From: Spirochaetia bacterium
Lineage (GTDB): Bacteria > Spirochaetota > Spirochaetia > SZUA-6 > Bin103
DNA: 64,000 nucleotides
Direction: 5' to 3'
Assembly (NCBI GenBank): GCA_965203905.1
Contig: CBDBDQ010000005.1
Coordinates: forward strand, 1,696,001-1,760,000
Positions 34,603 through 43,598 of the stretch are shown one piece after another. The notes beneath the pieces are model-generated. The model was not told where the DNA came from. It did not search any database and saw only the letters and a program-made list of their open reading frames with translations. The position numbers and the translations under genes were made by a program. Each line of letters opens with the position of its first letter. Positions within the stretch are counted from its first letter, which is position 1.

Positions 34603-35310
34603 ATGGGCCTGCTACTGATCGTCGCGCTCGTCGCGGCGCTCGGTGTCCTCTTCCTCGTCACCCGCGTGGTGGTGCGCCGGCGCCGGGTGCGCGCCAGTCG
34701 CAAGCGGGCCCGCGGCCCACTCCCGGAGGTCGCAAAGCGCGCCCAGGAGCGGGCGCGGGAGCTGCTCGGGCGCAGCGACGTGCTGATCGCCGCCACCAAG
34801 ACCACCAGCTTCCAACCCAGCGCCGAGGTGATCGAGCTGTCCCTGGTCGATACCACGGGCGCGGTGCGGCTGGACCGGGTGATGCTGCCCACCGGCACCA
34901 TCACCCGCGAAGCGATCGCCGCGCACGGCCTCGACCGCGACGAGCTGCAGCGGCTGCAGGCGCCCCACTATCTGGACGTGCACGAGGAGATCGAAACGGC
35001 CCTGGCGGCGGCCACCGTGGTGCTGGCATACGACGCGCCACTGGAGCACCGCCGCCTGTACCGTACCGCCGCCGGCCACGAGCGCGAGCTGCCGGAAGTT
35101 CCCTGGGAGTGCGCACAGGTGCTCTATGTCGAGTACTCCGGCACGCCCGCCGGCAAGGGGCCGGATTCGCGCCGCTGGACCCTGAGCCAGGCGGTCAGGC
35201 GCGAGGGAGTCCCCGCCGGCAAGCCGCACCTGCGCGCCCTCGGCGATTGTCGCACCGTGCTGCACCTGCTGCAGGCGATAACCGGCAGCGACGACACCCC
35301 CCGCCGCTGA
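34603..35310 (+). CDS. Membrane-anchored DEDDh 3'-5' exonuclease-like protein, catalytic residues degenerate
   Basis: N-terminal TM helix; exonuclease fold motifs (EVIELSLVD, AHGL, RALGDC) but ExoI reads AATKTT. Confidence 0.65.
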   Translation: MGLLLIVALVAALGVLFLVTRVVVRRRRVRASRKRARGPLPEVAKRAQERARELLGRSDVLIAATKTTSFQPSAEVIELSLVDTTGAVRLDRVMLPTGTITREAIAAHGLDRDELQRLQAPHYLDVHEEIETALAAATVVLAYDAPLEHRRLYRTAAGHERELPEVPWECAQVLYVEYSGTPAGKGPDSRRWTLSQAVRREGVPAGKPHLRALGDCRTVLHLLQAITGSDDTPRR

Positions 35311-35339
35311 TCCCGCCCCATGCGACCCGCCGGGACAGC

Positions 35340-35735
35340 CTATTTGGGAAACACGATCCGCACCGAGTCTCTGGTAATCCGAGCGATGTAGGGCGGGACC
35401 CGCGTGCTCAGAATCTGGCGGATCGCAGAATCATGCTTGTGCAGCAGCGTTGCCTGATCGTCGCCAGAGATGTTGTTGCTGCGAAAGGCAAAGTAGCGGA
35501 CACGGTAGTCCTGGACAGCTCGCAGTTCGATGTCGGCATGACGGACTCGGTTGTCGCCGCTCAAGACCGCCCAGCCGTTGCCGCCTGCCAGTGCCAGCCA
35601 CTCTGAATCATCCCGCTCGTCGGGCCTGAAGTGATCGGAGTGAAGTTCCACCCATAGCCAAGAGCTGACAAGGCGGAAGGTATCGTATACCTGCCGAGGC
35701 ACCGATCTACCAGGAACGTGAAAATCGTCCGTCCT
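35340..35735 (-). pseudogene. VapC45-like PIN toxin, probably frameshifted
   Basis: FTFLVDRCLGR..ALSALGY in one frame continues as VELHSDHF..DDSEWL..GWAVLSGDNRVR in another; frame change at ~35653. Confidence 0.65.
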
Positions 35736-36429
35736 ATGCGGCGGAACGCCTGCCCCGGAGATCCTGCTCGAAGTGGATCGCTTCTCGTACCCGTTCCAGG
35801 GTCATCGCGTAGTCATGAGCCAGAACATCAATTGTGTCCCCGCCCCTGTGACGCTGGTACAGTATCTCCGTCGGTATGCCGGTCCCGCTGAGGCACGGCC
35901 TGCCGAACTGAACCGCGGGATCGATCTCGATTGTCCGTGGCTCCGCCGACTCTACCTCGGCAGTGGGAAACGGAAAGAGCTTGCAGGCTCCCCCGGAGGG
36001 GTGCCGCTCGATTCGCCGCAGAGCAGCTCGCAGCACCTTGTCGAGCAGAATCTGCTTGTCGTCGTTGCTGACGTTGGTCAGCAACCCGGAAACCAAAGCA
36101 AACAGCTCGTATCCATCGGTGAGGATATCCTGCTCTGCCAAGGGGTGCTCCGACTGCCAGGCGACAGACAGAATCTCGATGGCTGTTCTCACGCGGAAGA
36201 GCGTTACGCGGTGACGCTTCCGGATCGAATTGAGAACGTGGAGTTCAACCAGATTGCGAAACGAGAGCATACGGCGCGCGGAGTCATCCAACTGAAGCAC
36301 GGGATGGAACTGTCCCCATCCCGTCTTCGTGCCAAGAAACCAAGCTCGAACAGTGGCTACCGGAGCCCTGACGTAGCGAGCGGCATCCGCAAACGTGTAT
36401 GCGCCAAGTGTGGAGATCTCAAGACTCAC
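35734..36429 (-). CDS. VapB45-like antitoxin (HTH + DUF433)
   Basis: YTFADAARY, LSFRNLVELHV, IDPAVQFGRPCLSGTGIPT..GDTIDVLAHDY. Confidence 0.85.
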   Translation of the reverse strand: MSLEISTLGAYTFADAARYVRAPVATVRAWFLGTKTGWGQFHPVLQLDDSARRMLSFRNLVELHVLNSIRKRHRVTLFRVRTAIEILSVAWQSEHPLAEQDILTDGYELFALVSGLLTNVSNDDKQILLDKVLRAALRRIERHPSGGACKLFPFPTAEVESAEPRTIEIDPAVQFGRPCLSGTGIPTEILYQRHRGGDTIDVLAHDYAMTLERVREAIHFEQDLRGRRSAA

Positions 36430-36613
36430 GGGCAGAGCACCTGTCGAAGTGGTGCAACAGCGCGACTCCGGCCGGCAATGGCGATGTGCGCGCATTTCTC
36501 TTTGGCGGCGCTGATGCCTTCACGCATCTTTCGGATGTTACCCCCGGCCGTTCGGCCGGTCAACGAGAATACTTGGCCGGAGGCACATGGGCCCGCGGCC
36601 AGGTGCGTACGTG

Positions 36614-37561
36614 TCAGGTGCGAAAGTAGGGTGGGCAGTCGGGGTGGCAGGTCTCCCAGGCGGCATCGAACGCCTCCACCAGAGGGGCGTCCAGGGCACC
36701 GGCGCGGCAGGCGTCGAGGTTGGCGGCAAGCTGCTCCAGGGTGCTGGCCCCGAGGATGACGGCGTCGCCGGCGGCGGCGTCCAGGTCGCTGTGGTGACGC
36801 ATCCAGGCCAGTGCCGCCGCCGCCATGCCGATCCCCGCGGCTTCGCATGCCGCCTGCACTCCCTCCATGGCGGTCAGGTAGGCGGGCTGCCAGTAGCGCG
36901 GCACGTAGTTTGCCTGCTCGCTGAAGCGGCCTTGGGACGGCACCTCCGTCGCGCCGAGATAGCGCCCCGTCAGCAGGCCGCCGGCGAGCGGGTTGTAGGC
37001 GTAGAAGCTCATGCCCAGGTGGCGCAGGCACGGCAGCAGCTCGGGCTCCACGTCGCGGGTCACCGCGTTGTACATGCCCTGGTACACCTCGGGCAGCGGC
37101 CAGCCGTGGCGGCGGCACAAGTGGTGCGCGTCCGCCACCTGCCAGGCGGCGTAGTTGCTCAGCCCCAGCCGCCGGAACCTGCCGGCGGCGTGCAGCCGGG
37201 CGCATGCCTCCAGCGTCGCTTCCAGAGGCGTGGCGTTGTCCGGGCTGTGCAGGTAGAACAGGTCCACCGCGTCGCACTGCAAGCGCTGGAGAGAACCCGT
37301 AAGCTGCCGTTCCACTTCCTCGGGACGCAGCGACGGTGTGCCGTTCGCGGCGCCGGGATGGGCCTTGGTGGCCAGGGTGATGCCCTCCCAGCCGCGCTGC
37401 GCCAGGATCTCGCCCAGGATTCTCTCCGTCTCGCCGCCACCGTACATGAACGCGGTATCGAGCTCACCGGCGCCCCAATCCGTAAACGCCGCCACGGCCC
37501 GCGCGGCCGCCTCCAGGTCCATCCTCCGGCCGAATGTCATCGTCCCCAACACAATGCGCAT
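36614..37561 (-). CDS. Aldo/keto reductase (AKR7/aflatoxin aldehyde reductase-like)
   Basis: LGTMTFG, DTAFMYGGG, LFYLHSPD, LGLSNYAAW, YQGMYN, YNPLAGGLL; AAAGGAG SD. Confidence 0.9.
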   Translation of the reverse strand: MRIVLGTMTFGRRMDLEAAARAVAAFTDWGAGELDTAFMYGGGETERILGEILAQRGWEGITLATKAHPGAANGTPSLRPEEVERQLTGSLQRLQCDAVDLFYLHSPDNATPLEATLEACARLHAAGRFRRLGLSNYAAWQVADAHHLCRRHGWPLPEVYQGMYNAVTRDVEPELLPCLRHLGMSFYAYNPLAGGLLTGRYLGATEVPSQGRFSEQANYVPRYWQPAYLTAMEGVQAACEAAGIGMAAAALAWMRHHSDLDAAAGDAVILGASTLEQLAANLDACRAGALDAPLVEAFDAAWETCHPDCPPYFRT

Positions 37562-37691
37562 CACTGCACTCCTTTCATTCAACGTAGACGGTGCGGTCGG
37601 AGGCGTCACCGGAATACTTAATGGACGCTGCGTATCGCGGAGGTCTGGAACAGCTCGACGATCCTATCCGTATCGCTGCTCGCGAACGCGG

Positions 37692-38714
37692 CTACGGGTG
37701 CGCGCGGCTCACGCGGGCCAGGAAGTCGGCAGTCGTGGCGCAGTCCACGATCCATTCCCCCGCTTCGGCGAGGCGATCCGCGTCGGTGACGCCGGCGAGC
37801 ACCGCCGACAACCGCTCCGCCGCCGCCGGACCGAACCGGCGCTCCGCCAAACGGTGCAGCAACGCCCTCTGCCGCTCGATCCCCTGTTCGATCCCTTGCT
37901 CAATCCCGCGTTCGATGCCTCGCTCGATCCCGCGTTCGATGCCTTGCTCCAGGATCTCCGCTCCCCAGCGATCGATCTTCTCCGCCAACACTGCGCTTAC
38001 CTCCTCATACTCGCGAATCGACGGCAACTCCACGCCCCACTTCCGGCCCAGGACGCCGAGCCACAGGTCGAAGCTCCTCGTCAGGCCCGGTTCGCCCGCT
38101 TCCGCAAGCCACTCCCCCAACTCCCGTACCCGCTCGGGCAACGCGCCCACCTGCACGCTCTGCTCCACCTCCGCTACCCATCGCAGCAGGTTCGCTCGCG
38201 GCAGATCATCCGCCTTTACCGCCACCAGATCAACCACGTGGTAGCTCACAGCGAGCTGCGACGGGCCGTCCTGCTCCGTCCGCTGCACCAGCCCGGCGAG
38301 CGTCGGCGGCGCGTCCCACCGCGTGTCGCCGTTGTACACAACCACGTGCAGCGCCGGATCGGCACGATCTCCCTTGCCCCATGTGGTGCGGTCACGGTAC
38401 AGCCGCTGGTAGAGCAGGCTCGTGTAGTTCAGGAACCGTAGCGGCATCGAGTAATCCACGCTCGACTGGTGCTCGATCACCACGTGCAGCGTCTGTACTC
38501 CGCCGCGGCCGTCGCGGCGGTCGATCGACCAGACCACGTCACCGAGCCGTCGGCGCAGTTCGTCGGTGACGTTCTCGGTGGCGCCGTCGCGCAGGGTGGC
38601 GAAGTCGAGCGCCTCGGCCCAGCCGGCAGGGCGCAGCGGCGCGATGAACCCGATGAGCAGGTCCTTGGCGATGCGTCGATGGGTGAGCAGTCGTTTGTAC
38701 GCAGGGTCGTCCAT
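37692..38714 (-). CDS. Rpn/YhgA-like PD-(D/E)xK nuclease
   Basis: DPAYKRLL, GDVVW, IEHQS, MPLRFLNY, VVYNG; C-terminal GIE(R/Q) repeats and RRFG motif. Confidence 0.85.
   Translation of the reverse strand: MDDPAYKRLLTHRRIAKDLLIGFIAPLRPAGWAEALDFATLRDGATENVTDELRRRLGDVVWSIDRRDGRGGVQTLHVVIEHQSSVDYSMPLRFLNYTSLLYQRLYRDRTTWGKGDRADPALHVVVYNGDTRWDAPPTLAGLVQRTEQDGPSQLAVSYHVVDLVAVKADDLPRANLLRWVAEVEQSVQVGALPERVRELGEWLAEAGEPGLTRSFDLWLGVLGRKWGVELPSIREYEEVSAVLAEKIDRWGAEILEQGIERGIERGIERGIEQGIEQGIERQRALLHRLAERRFGPAAAERLSAVLAGVTDADRLAEAGEWIVDCATTADFLARVSRAHP
37873..37948 (-). repeat. 12-bp coding tandem repeat (GIER/GIEQ x6) in rpn
   Basis: Protein reads EQGIERGIERGIERGIEQGIEQGIERQ. Confidence 0.85.
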
Positions 38715-38917
38715 GATTCCGTGTCGGCGCGGTGCCCGTTACCACTGACAATGCCTTGGAGTCAGCGGCGCTTCAGTGCCTGGCATCGGAGCGTCGGCGA
38801 CTACCGATCTCGGAAGCGGAAGGTGTCTGCGGCCTGCTGGCGGGTGAGTTGGAGCGTCACCAGAACGCACCGCTCGGGACACGAATGTGGACATTTCTTG
38901 TGCTAAAATCGGTTGCA

Positions 38918-40120
38918 GTGGGACGCAGATACGAACGGAGCCATCCGTGGATTACCTTCACGATCGATTTGCGGCCCGCCGGGCCGCGGGTGTGGTCACT
39001 GCTGGGACAGGCGGTGGCGCGCTGCGGACAGATCGCCGAAGCTGTCCTGCCACCCTTGAAAGCTGCGGAGATGTATCGGCTATACCTCTCCCGAGGAGCG
39101 CGCGCCACCACCGCGATCGAGGGCAACACGCTGAGCGAAGCGCAGGTCAGAGCCCGGCTCGCGGGACAGCTGGAGCTTCCGCTGTCGCAGGAGTACCTGG
39201 GTCGCGAGGTGGACAACATCCTGGACTCCTGCGAGGCAATCTGGCAGGAGATCAGGAGTGGCCGGTCGCCGAGTCTCTCCGCGGAGCTGCTTGCCGACTA
39301 CAACCGCCGCGTCCTGGCCGGCCTGGAAGCGCACCTCGATGAGGGCGTGATCCCGGGCGAGATCCCACACCATCGGGTGGCCGTCGGCGGCTACCAGGGC
39401 GCACCGCGTGGCGACTGCGCATACTTGCTCGATCGGCTGTGTGCCTGGTTGGAGCACGACCATCCTCCGGAAGGCGTCGCGTTCTTTCCTGCGGCGGATC
39501 ACCGCATCGCTGTCTCGTTGCTGCACGCCATACTGGCCCACCTCTACCTGGCATGGATTCACCCGTTCGGCGACGGCAACGGCCGCACCGCGCGGCTCGT
39601 GGAGTTCATGCTGCTGGCGCGCTCCGGGGTGCCCGCTCCGGCCACCCATCTGCTGAGCAATCACTACAACCAGACCCGTACCGAATACTACCGACAGCTC
39701 GATCGTTCCAGCCGAGCCAACGCCGGTAGCGGCGACCCCGTGGAGTTCGTGTGCTACGCCTTGCAGGGATTCGTTGACGGCCTGCGGGAGCAGTGCGCGT
39801 ATGTCGGCCGCGTACAACTCGGCATCGCATGGGAGCACCTGGTGTACGAGACATTCAACGCCGAGCCGCCGACCGCCGCCAACGCCCGGCGCCGGACGCT
39901 GGTGCTCGCACTCGGCGCCGACGGGCGGCCCGTGCCGAAGCCGGAGATCCCCGACCTCACGCCCGCCCTCGCACGCAGCTACGCCACGAGGACCGAAAAG
40001 ACCCTCACCCGCGACCTGAACTGGCTCCGCGACCGGGAGCTCGTGCTCCGCACCGCGCTGGGGTACCGGGCACGGGTGGAGCGCATGCGCAGCTTCCAGC
40101 CTGACGCCGCGCTGCCGTAA
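38918..40120 (+). CDS. Fic-domain protein
   Basis: HPFGDGNGRTAR; ARATTAIEGN; start either GTG 38918 (after TGcTAAAAT) or ATG 38885. Confidence 0.88.
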   Translation: MGRRYERSHPWITFTIDLRPAGPRVWSLLGQAVARCGQIAEAVLPPLKAAEMYRLYLSRGARATTAIEGNTLSEAQVRARLAGQLELPLSQEYLGREVDNILDSCEAIWQEIRSGRSPSLSAELLADYNRRVLAGLEAHLDEGVIPGEIPHHRVAVGGYQGAPRGDCAYLLDRLCAWLEHDHPPEGVAFFPAADHRIAVSLLHAILAHLYLAWIHPFGDGNGRTARLVEFMLLARSGVPAPATHLLSNHYNQTRTEYYRQLDRSSRANAGSGDPVEFVCYALQGFVDGLREQCAYVGRVQLGIAWEHLVYETFNAEPPTAANARRRTLVLALGADGRPVPKPEIPDLTPALARSYATRTEKTLTRDLNWLRDRELVLRTALGYRARVERMRSFQPDAALP

Positions 40121-40154
40121 CGAATGGATGATCCGGACATCGCACCGCTGGGGC

Positions 40155-41285
40155 TTACAGCTCGACCGGTTGTTCGGTGCCGTGCGAACTGAATAACTTC
40201 GCGAGATCCTCCACGGTGAGGTCCAGCAGGTTGGCCATACGCCGATTGGAGACATGACCCCCTTGGAGTGCGAGGCGCATCACTTCCATGAACGGTCTGG
40301 AGAACTGTGGCGGGGCGACGTTCTTGGGCACGGCATTGCCGTTATTGCGGAGCGCTGCGTCGGAGACCGACTGCGCAGTTGCACGAGACAGCCGGTCGAG
40401 CGCGACCAGCCGCCACTTCAGCGCGGAAGCCGTCACCTGCAATTCGTCGGCTACCCGGTTCAGCCGCTGGATGAGTGCATCTCCGGACAGATTCGACCAA
40501 CTGCCGAAGCGCGCCAGTGTGGCCGAGGGCATGAGAGCCGCAGCGGAGAAATTGTTGGCCAGTTGCTCCACCCGGTTTCCACCGGTATCTCTCACTTCCT
40601 CAAAGTGCGCGGGGGGCATCGCCTCCCACGTGAGGATATGAAAAAATTCATGAGCGAGATCGAAGTGACGGCGTCCCGGGACTTCGTGGCGCGCGATCAG
40701 GATGGCATCGAGTTCCGGAAGACGGCAGGCGGCGCCCGAGATGCCGCGCCGCGCTTCGACCATGAGGACCAGTACGCCGAATTCCCGTTCTACGACCTCG
40801 GTCAAGCGGCTCGCCGGGATATCGCCAAGAGCGAACTCGGCCGCGAACCGTTCACCGGCTTGCATGGCGTCCTCAAATCTGGAGCGCCGCGTCAGCCCAA
40901 GCGTACGGCGCATCAGCGGTGTGCTGTGTCCAACCGCCGCGGCCAAGGTCAGGAAGGCGGCGATCCAGCGGCCCGCGTGGTGTTCGTAGGTCGAAAGCTG
41001 TTCAGTCTCGACACCGGTGTGCCGCCAGCAGAAACGACCTTCGCCGACCAGCCGAAAAGGATCGGTGAAGTACTCCAGGGAAGCGTCCAGCACCTCGACC
41101 GCGAGCACCAGTTCCTCCGCCGTCACTTTCCGGATACCGGTCTCTATGGCCGAGACGGTCTGGCGATCGTTGAAGCCGAGCAGGTGGGCAAGGTCTTCCT
41201 GCGACAGCTTGCGCTCCTCCCGTAGCGCCTTGATCCGTGTACCGATCAACGATGTCGGCTGGCGAAGTCTTGCACCTGCGGTCAT
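40155..41285 (-). CDS. XRE-family HTH fused to ImmA/IrrE metallopeptidase
   Basis: IGTRIKALREERKLSQEDLA..VSAIETG HTH; RRHFDLAHEFFH; EQLANNFSAAALMP. Confidence 0.88.
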   Translation of the reverse strand: MTAGARLRQPTSLIGTRIKALREERKLSQEDLAHLLGFNDRQTVSAIETGIRKVTAEELVLAVEVLDASLEYFTDPFRLVGEGRFCWRHTGVETEQLSTYEHHAGRWIAAFLTLAAAVGHSTPLMRRTLGLTRRSRFEDAMQAGERFAAEFALGDIPASRLTEVVEREFGVLVLMVEARRGISGAACRLPELDAILIARHEVPGRRHFDLAHEFFHILTWEAMPPAHFEEVRDTGGNRVEQLANNFSAAALMPSATLARFGSWSNLSGDALIQRLNRVADELQVTASALKWRLVALDRLSRATAQSVSDAALRNNGNAVPKNVAPPQFSRPFMEVMRLALQGGHVSNRRMANLLDLTVEDLAKLFSSHGTEQPVEL

Positions 41286-41386
41286 GCAAGGAATATATGC
41301 GAAACGGCGAATGTCACGGGATGCTTGCCCGCGCGGCGCCCGGGAGACGACCGGGACGTGCCAGCAGCTCGGGCGAGTAGCGGCGG

Positions 41387-42649
41387 TTACAGCTTCAGGC
41401 GGCCTTCGGCGGAGAAGGGCAGCGGCTGCGGGGGGCCGGTGACCTGGGCGTTGGGGCGGGCGTCCACTTCGGCGGCCAGGTTGACGGACACCTGAAGCTG
41501 GTGCAGCGACAGGGTGTCGCGGATCCAGGCCAGGCGTACCGCGGTGGGGTCGGGGATGGTGCTGGTGCGGATGGCGGCCTGGATCGCGAGCCGGTCGTCG
41601 GCCATCACCATGGGGATCTTCACGGCCGTGGTGGCGGTGGAGGTGAGGGCGTTGGGATAGGTCTCGGCGAAGCTGAGCTTGTCGAACAGGCGCTGGGTGG
41701 TGACGTCGACCACGCCGATGCCGTTGACGTTGCCGCCGGTCGCCGGCGTGGTGTCCAGCGCCACCAGGCGGGTGATGGCGGGACCGCCGCTGGCGAACGG
41801 CGTGGTGTAGCGTCCCACCACGTTGCAGTCGAGGCCGGTGCCGCTGATGTCCTTGCCGATGCGGCCGATCACCAGCACGTCCAGCTCGTCCAGCGGCAGC
41901 CGCGGGTAGAGGTCCCATGCCAGCTCCAGCAGCGCCGGCTCGCGTTCGGGGATGGCCGCCGCCGGCACCAGTTCCAGGTGGTGGGTCTGATGGCGCGCGT
42001 TCTCCACCACCGCCAGGCCGCCGATCACGTTGCCGCGCGCCAGCACCGTCTGTCCGACCGCGGCGATGCGCTCCGCCAACTGGCCGAAGCCGCGGGTATG
42101 GCAGGTCTCGGCGCCCTTCTGCTTGCCCAGGCCGATCGCCAGCATCTTGATCAGCCCGCTCTCATAGCGGCCGCGGAACGAGCTGTGCGGCTTGATCCGG
42201 GCCAGGATCAGCGTGGCATCGGCCTCCGCCGCGAGCTTGTCGCAGTACGCGGGCAGAGCGGGCGCCGCCGCGCCCAGCGCCACCACCTCCATGGAGGATC
42301 GGATCGGCGCCCCCACGGCGGCCTCGGTGACCCCCATCTTGGCCAGCAGCTCGGTCTGGCCGGCGGCGGTGGCCCCGCCGTGGCTGCCCATCGCCGGCAC
42401 CACGAACGGCTCCGCACCGAGCCGCCGCACGGCCGCCGCCAGCAGCCGCACCAGCTCGGGCAGGTTCGCCAGGCCGCGGCTGCCCACCGCCAGCGCCACC
42501 CGCTGCCCCGGCCGCACCATCCCGGCCAGCCCGCCGGCGGCCAGCGCCGCCTCAAGTGTCGCCTCCAGATCGGCAATCGGCGACACCGGGAACTCCTGCC
42601 GTACCGGCACCACGTCCGGCAGTGGCACCCCCTCCAGGATGCGGTCTAT
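41387..42649 (-). CDS. Lactate racemase LarA-like N-domain / DUF362 protein (start unclear)
   Basis: VALAVGSRG, VPAMGSHGG, RIKPH, GLGKQKGA, GKDISGTGLD. Confidence 0.78.
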   Translation of the reverse strand: MDRILEGVPLPDVVPVRQEFPVSPIADLEATLEAALAAGGLAGMVRPGQRVALAVGSRGLANLPELVRLLAAAVRRLGAEPFVVPAMGSHGGATAAGQTELLAKMGVTEAAVGAPIRSSMEVVALGAAAPALPAYCDKLAAEADATLILARIKPHSSFRGRYESGLIKMLAIGLGKQKGAETCHTRGFGQLAERIAAVGQTVLARGNVIGGLAVVENARHQTHHLELVPAAAIPEREPALLELAWDLYPRLPLDELDVLVIGRIGKDISGTGLDCNVVGRYTTPFASGGPAITRLVALDTTPATGGNVNGIGVVDVTTQRLFDKLSFAETYPNALTSTATTAVKIPMVMADDRLAIQAAIRTSTIPDPTAVRLAWIRDTLSLHQLQVSVNLAAEVDARPNAQVTGPPQPLPFSAEGRLKL

Positions 42650-42659
42650 GGCAGTACGA

Positions 42660-43196
42660 TCAGAACCTGGCAACGATCCGCTCCAGGGTGTTCCAGTTGC
42701 GCGCCGTGGCGACGACGCCGAGCCGCTTCTCGAGGTACGCATACGAGAGGGTCATCGCCTTGACGCCATCCGGAGTCCAGACGTAGACCTCGGAACCCTC
42801 GATCGCGATGGCCTCGGGATGGTGATCCTCCTCCAGCAGCGCCCCTGCCACCTCGGGATCGGGCTCCTCGGAGAGGAAGTTCACCAGGTAGCGCGACGGG
42901 TTGGACACGACCTCCTGCAACGGATTGTGCACCAGCACCGCCCGAACCTGGTTGGCCGTTCGGACCACGCAGGGAACGTTTACGTCGAACTCGGCGCTGA
43001 GCAGACGCCGCACGGCGCCGGCCACTTCACTGGGATTGTCCGACTCGGTGGAAACGATCACGTTCCCGCTCTGCAGGACGGTGGCCACCCCGGAGTAGCC
43101 CTGGTCGGCCAACGCCGCCCTGAGTTTCGCCATCGGCACCCGATTGCCGGTCCCGACGTTGATGCCCCGTGGCATCACGAGATAGCGCTCGGTCAT
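42660..43196 (-). CDS. DUF1697 family protein
   Basis: RGINVG..RVPMAKLR, TVLQSGNV, TARNWNT. Confidence 0.85.
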   Translation of the reverse strand: MTERYLVMPRGINVGTGNRVPMAKLRAALADQGYSGVATVLQSGNVIVSTESDNPSEVAGAVRRLLSAEFDVNVPCVVRTANQVRAVLVHNPLQEVVSNPSRYLVNFLSEEPDPEVAGALLEEDHHPEAIAIEGSEVYVWTPDGVKAMTLSYAYLEKRLGVVATARNWNTLERIVARF

Positions 43197-43585
43197 CGAA
43201 GCTCGTATTCGAGGACGCAGGAGTGCTTGCCCGCGTCGTTGTCGATCTTGAGCGTGCCCGAGATTCCGGCCAGCTCACCGGTGCCGGAGTCCGGAACGAT
43301 CGTCACCGTGAGCGCGGCCTCGCCTTTTTCCATCAGACCGTGGTGTTGCATGAGGAATGAGCCCGCCTTGCCGCCGACCGAGCCGGTGAAGTGCTCGATG
43401 GCAACGTATCCGGCCGAGCCGGGGGTGGCCGTGTAGGCCGCAACCATCTGCGCCTCGGACCTGCCGACCAGGTCACCCGAGAATTGCTTGCGAACCACGT
43501 TCCGGTTGAGCTTGATGCCGTCCTGCTCGAAGAAGGGAGGCTCGGCCTCGATGGTGACTTCGAAGGTTCCGCGAGCGCTAGCCAT
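43193..43585 (-). CDS. DUF3224 family protein
   Basis: GSAGYVAIEHFTG, IVPDSGTGELAGISG. Confidence 0.85.
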   Translation of the reverse strand: MASARGTFEVTIEAEPPFFEQDGIKLNRNVVRKQFSGDLVGRSEAQMVAAYTATPGSAGYVAIEHFTGSVGGKAGSFLMQHHGLMEKGEAALTVTIVPDSGTGELAGISGTLKIDNDAGKHSCVLEYELR

Positions 43586-43598
43586 CAGCAAGTCCCCG

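Noticed and set aside
37692-38714. Rpn gene as an IS transposase
   Set aside because: No terminal inverted repeats or target duplication seen; the family is often labelled putative transposase but is not a demonstrated IS.
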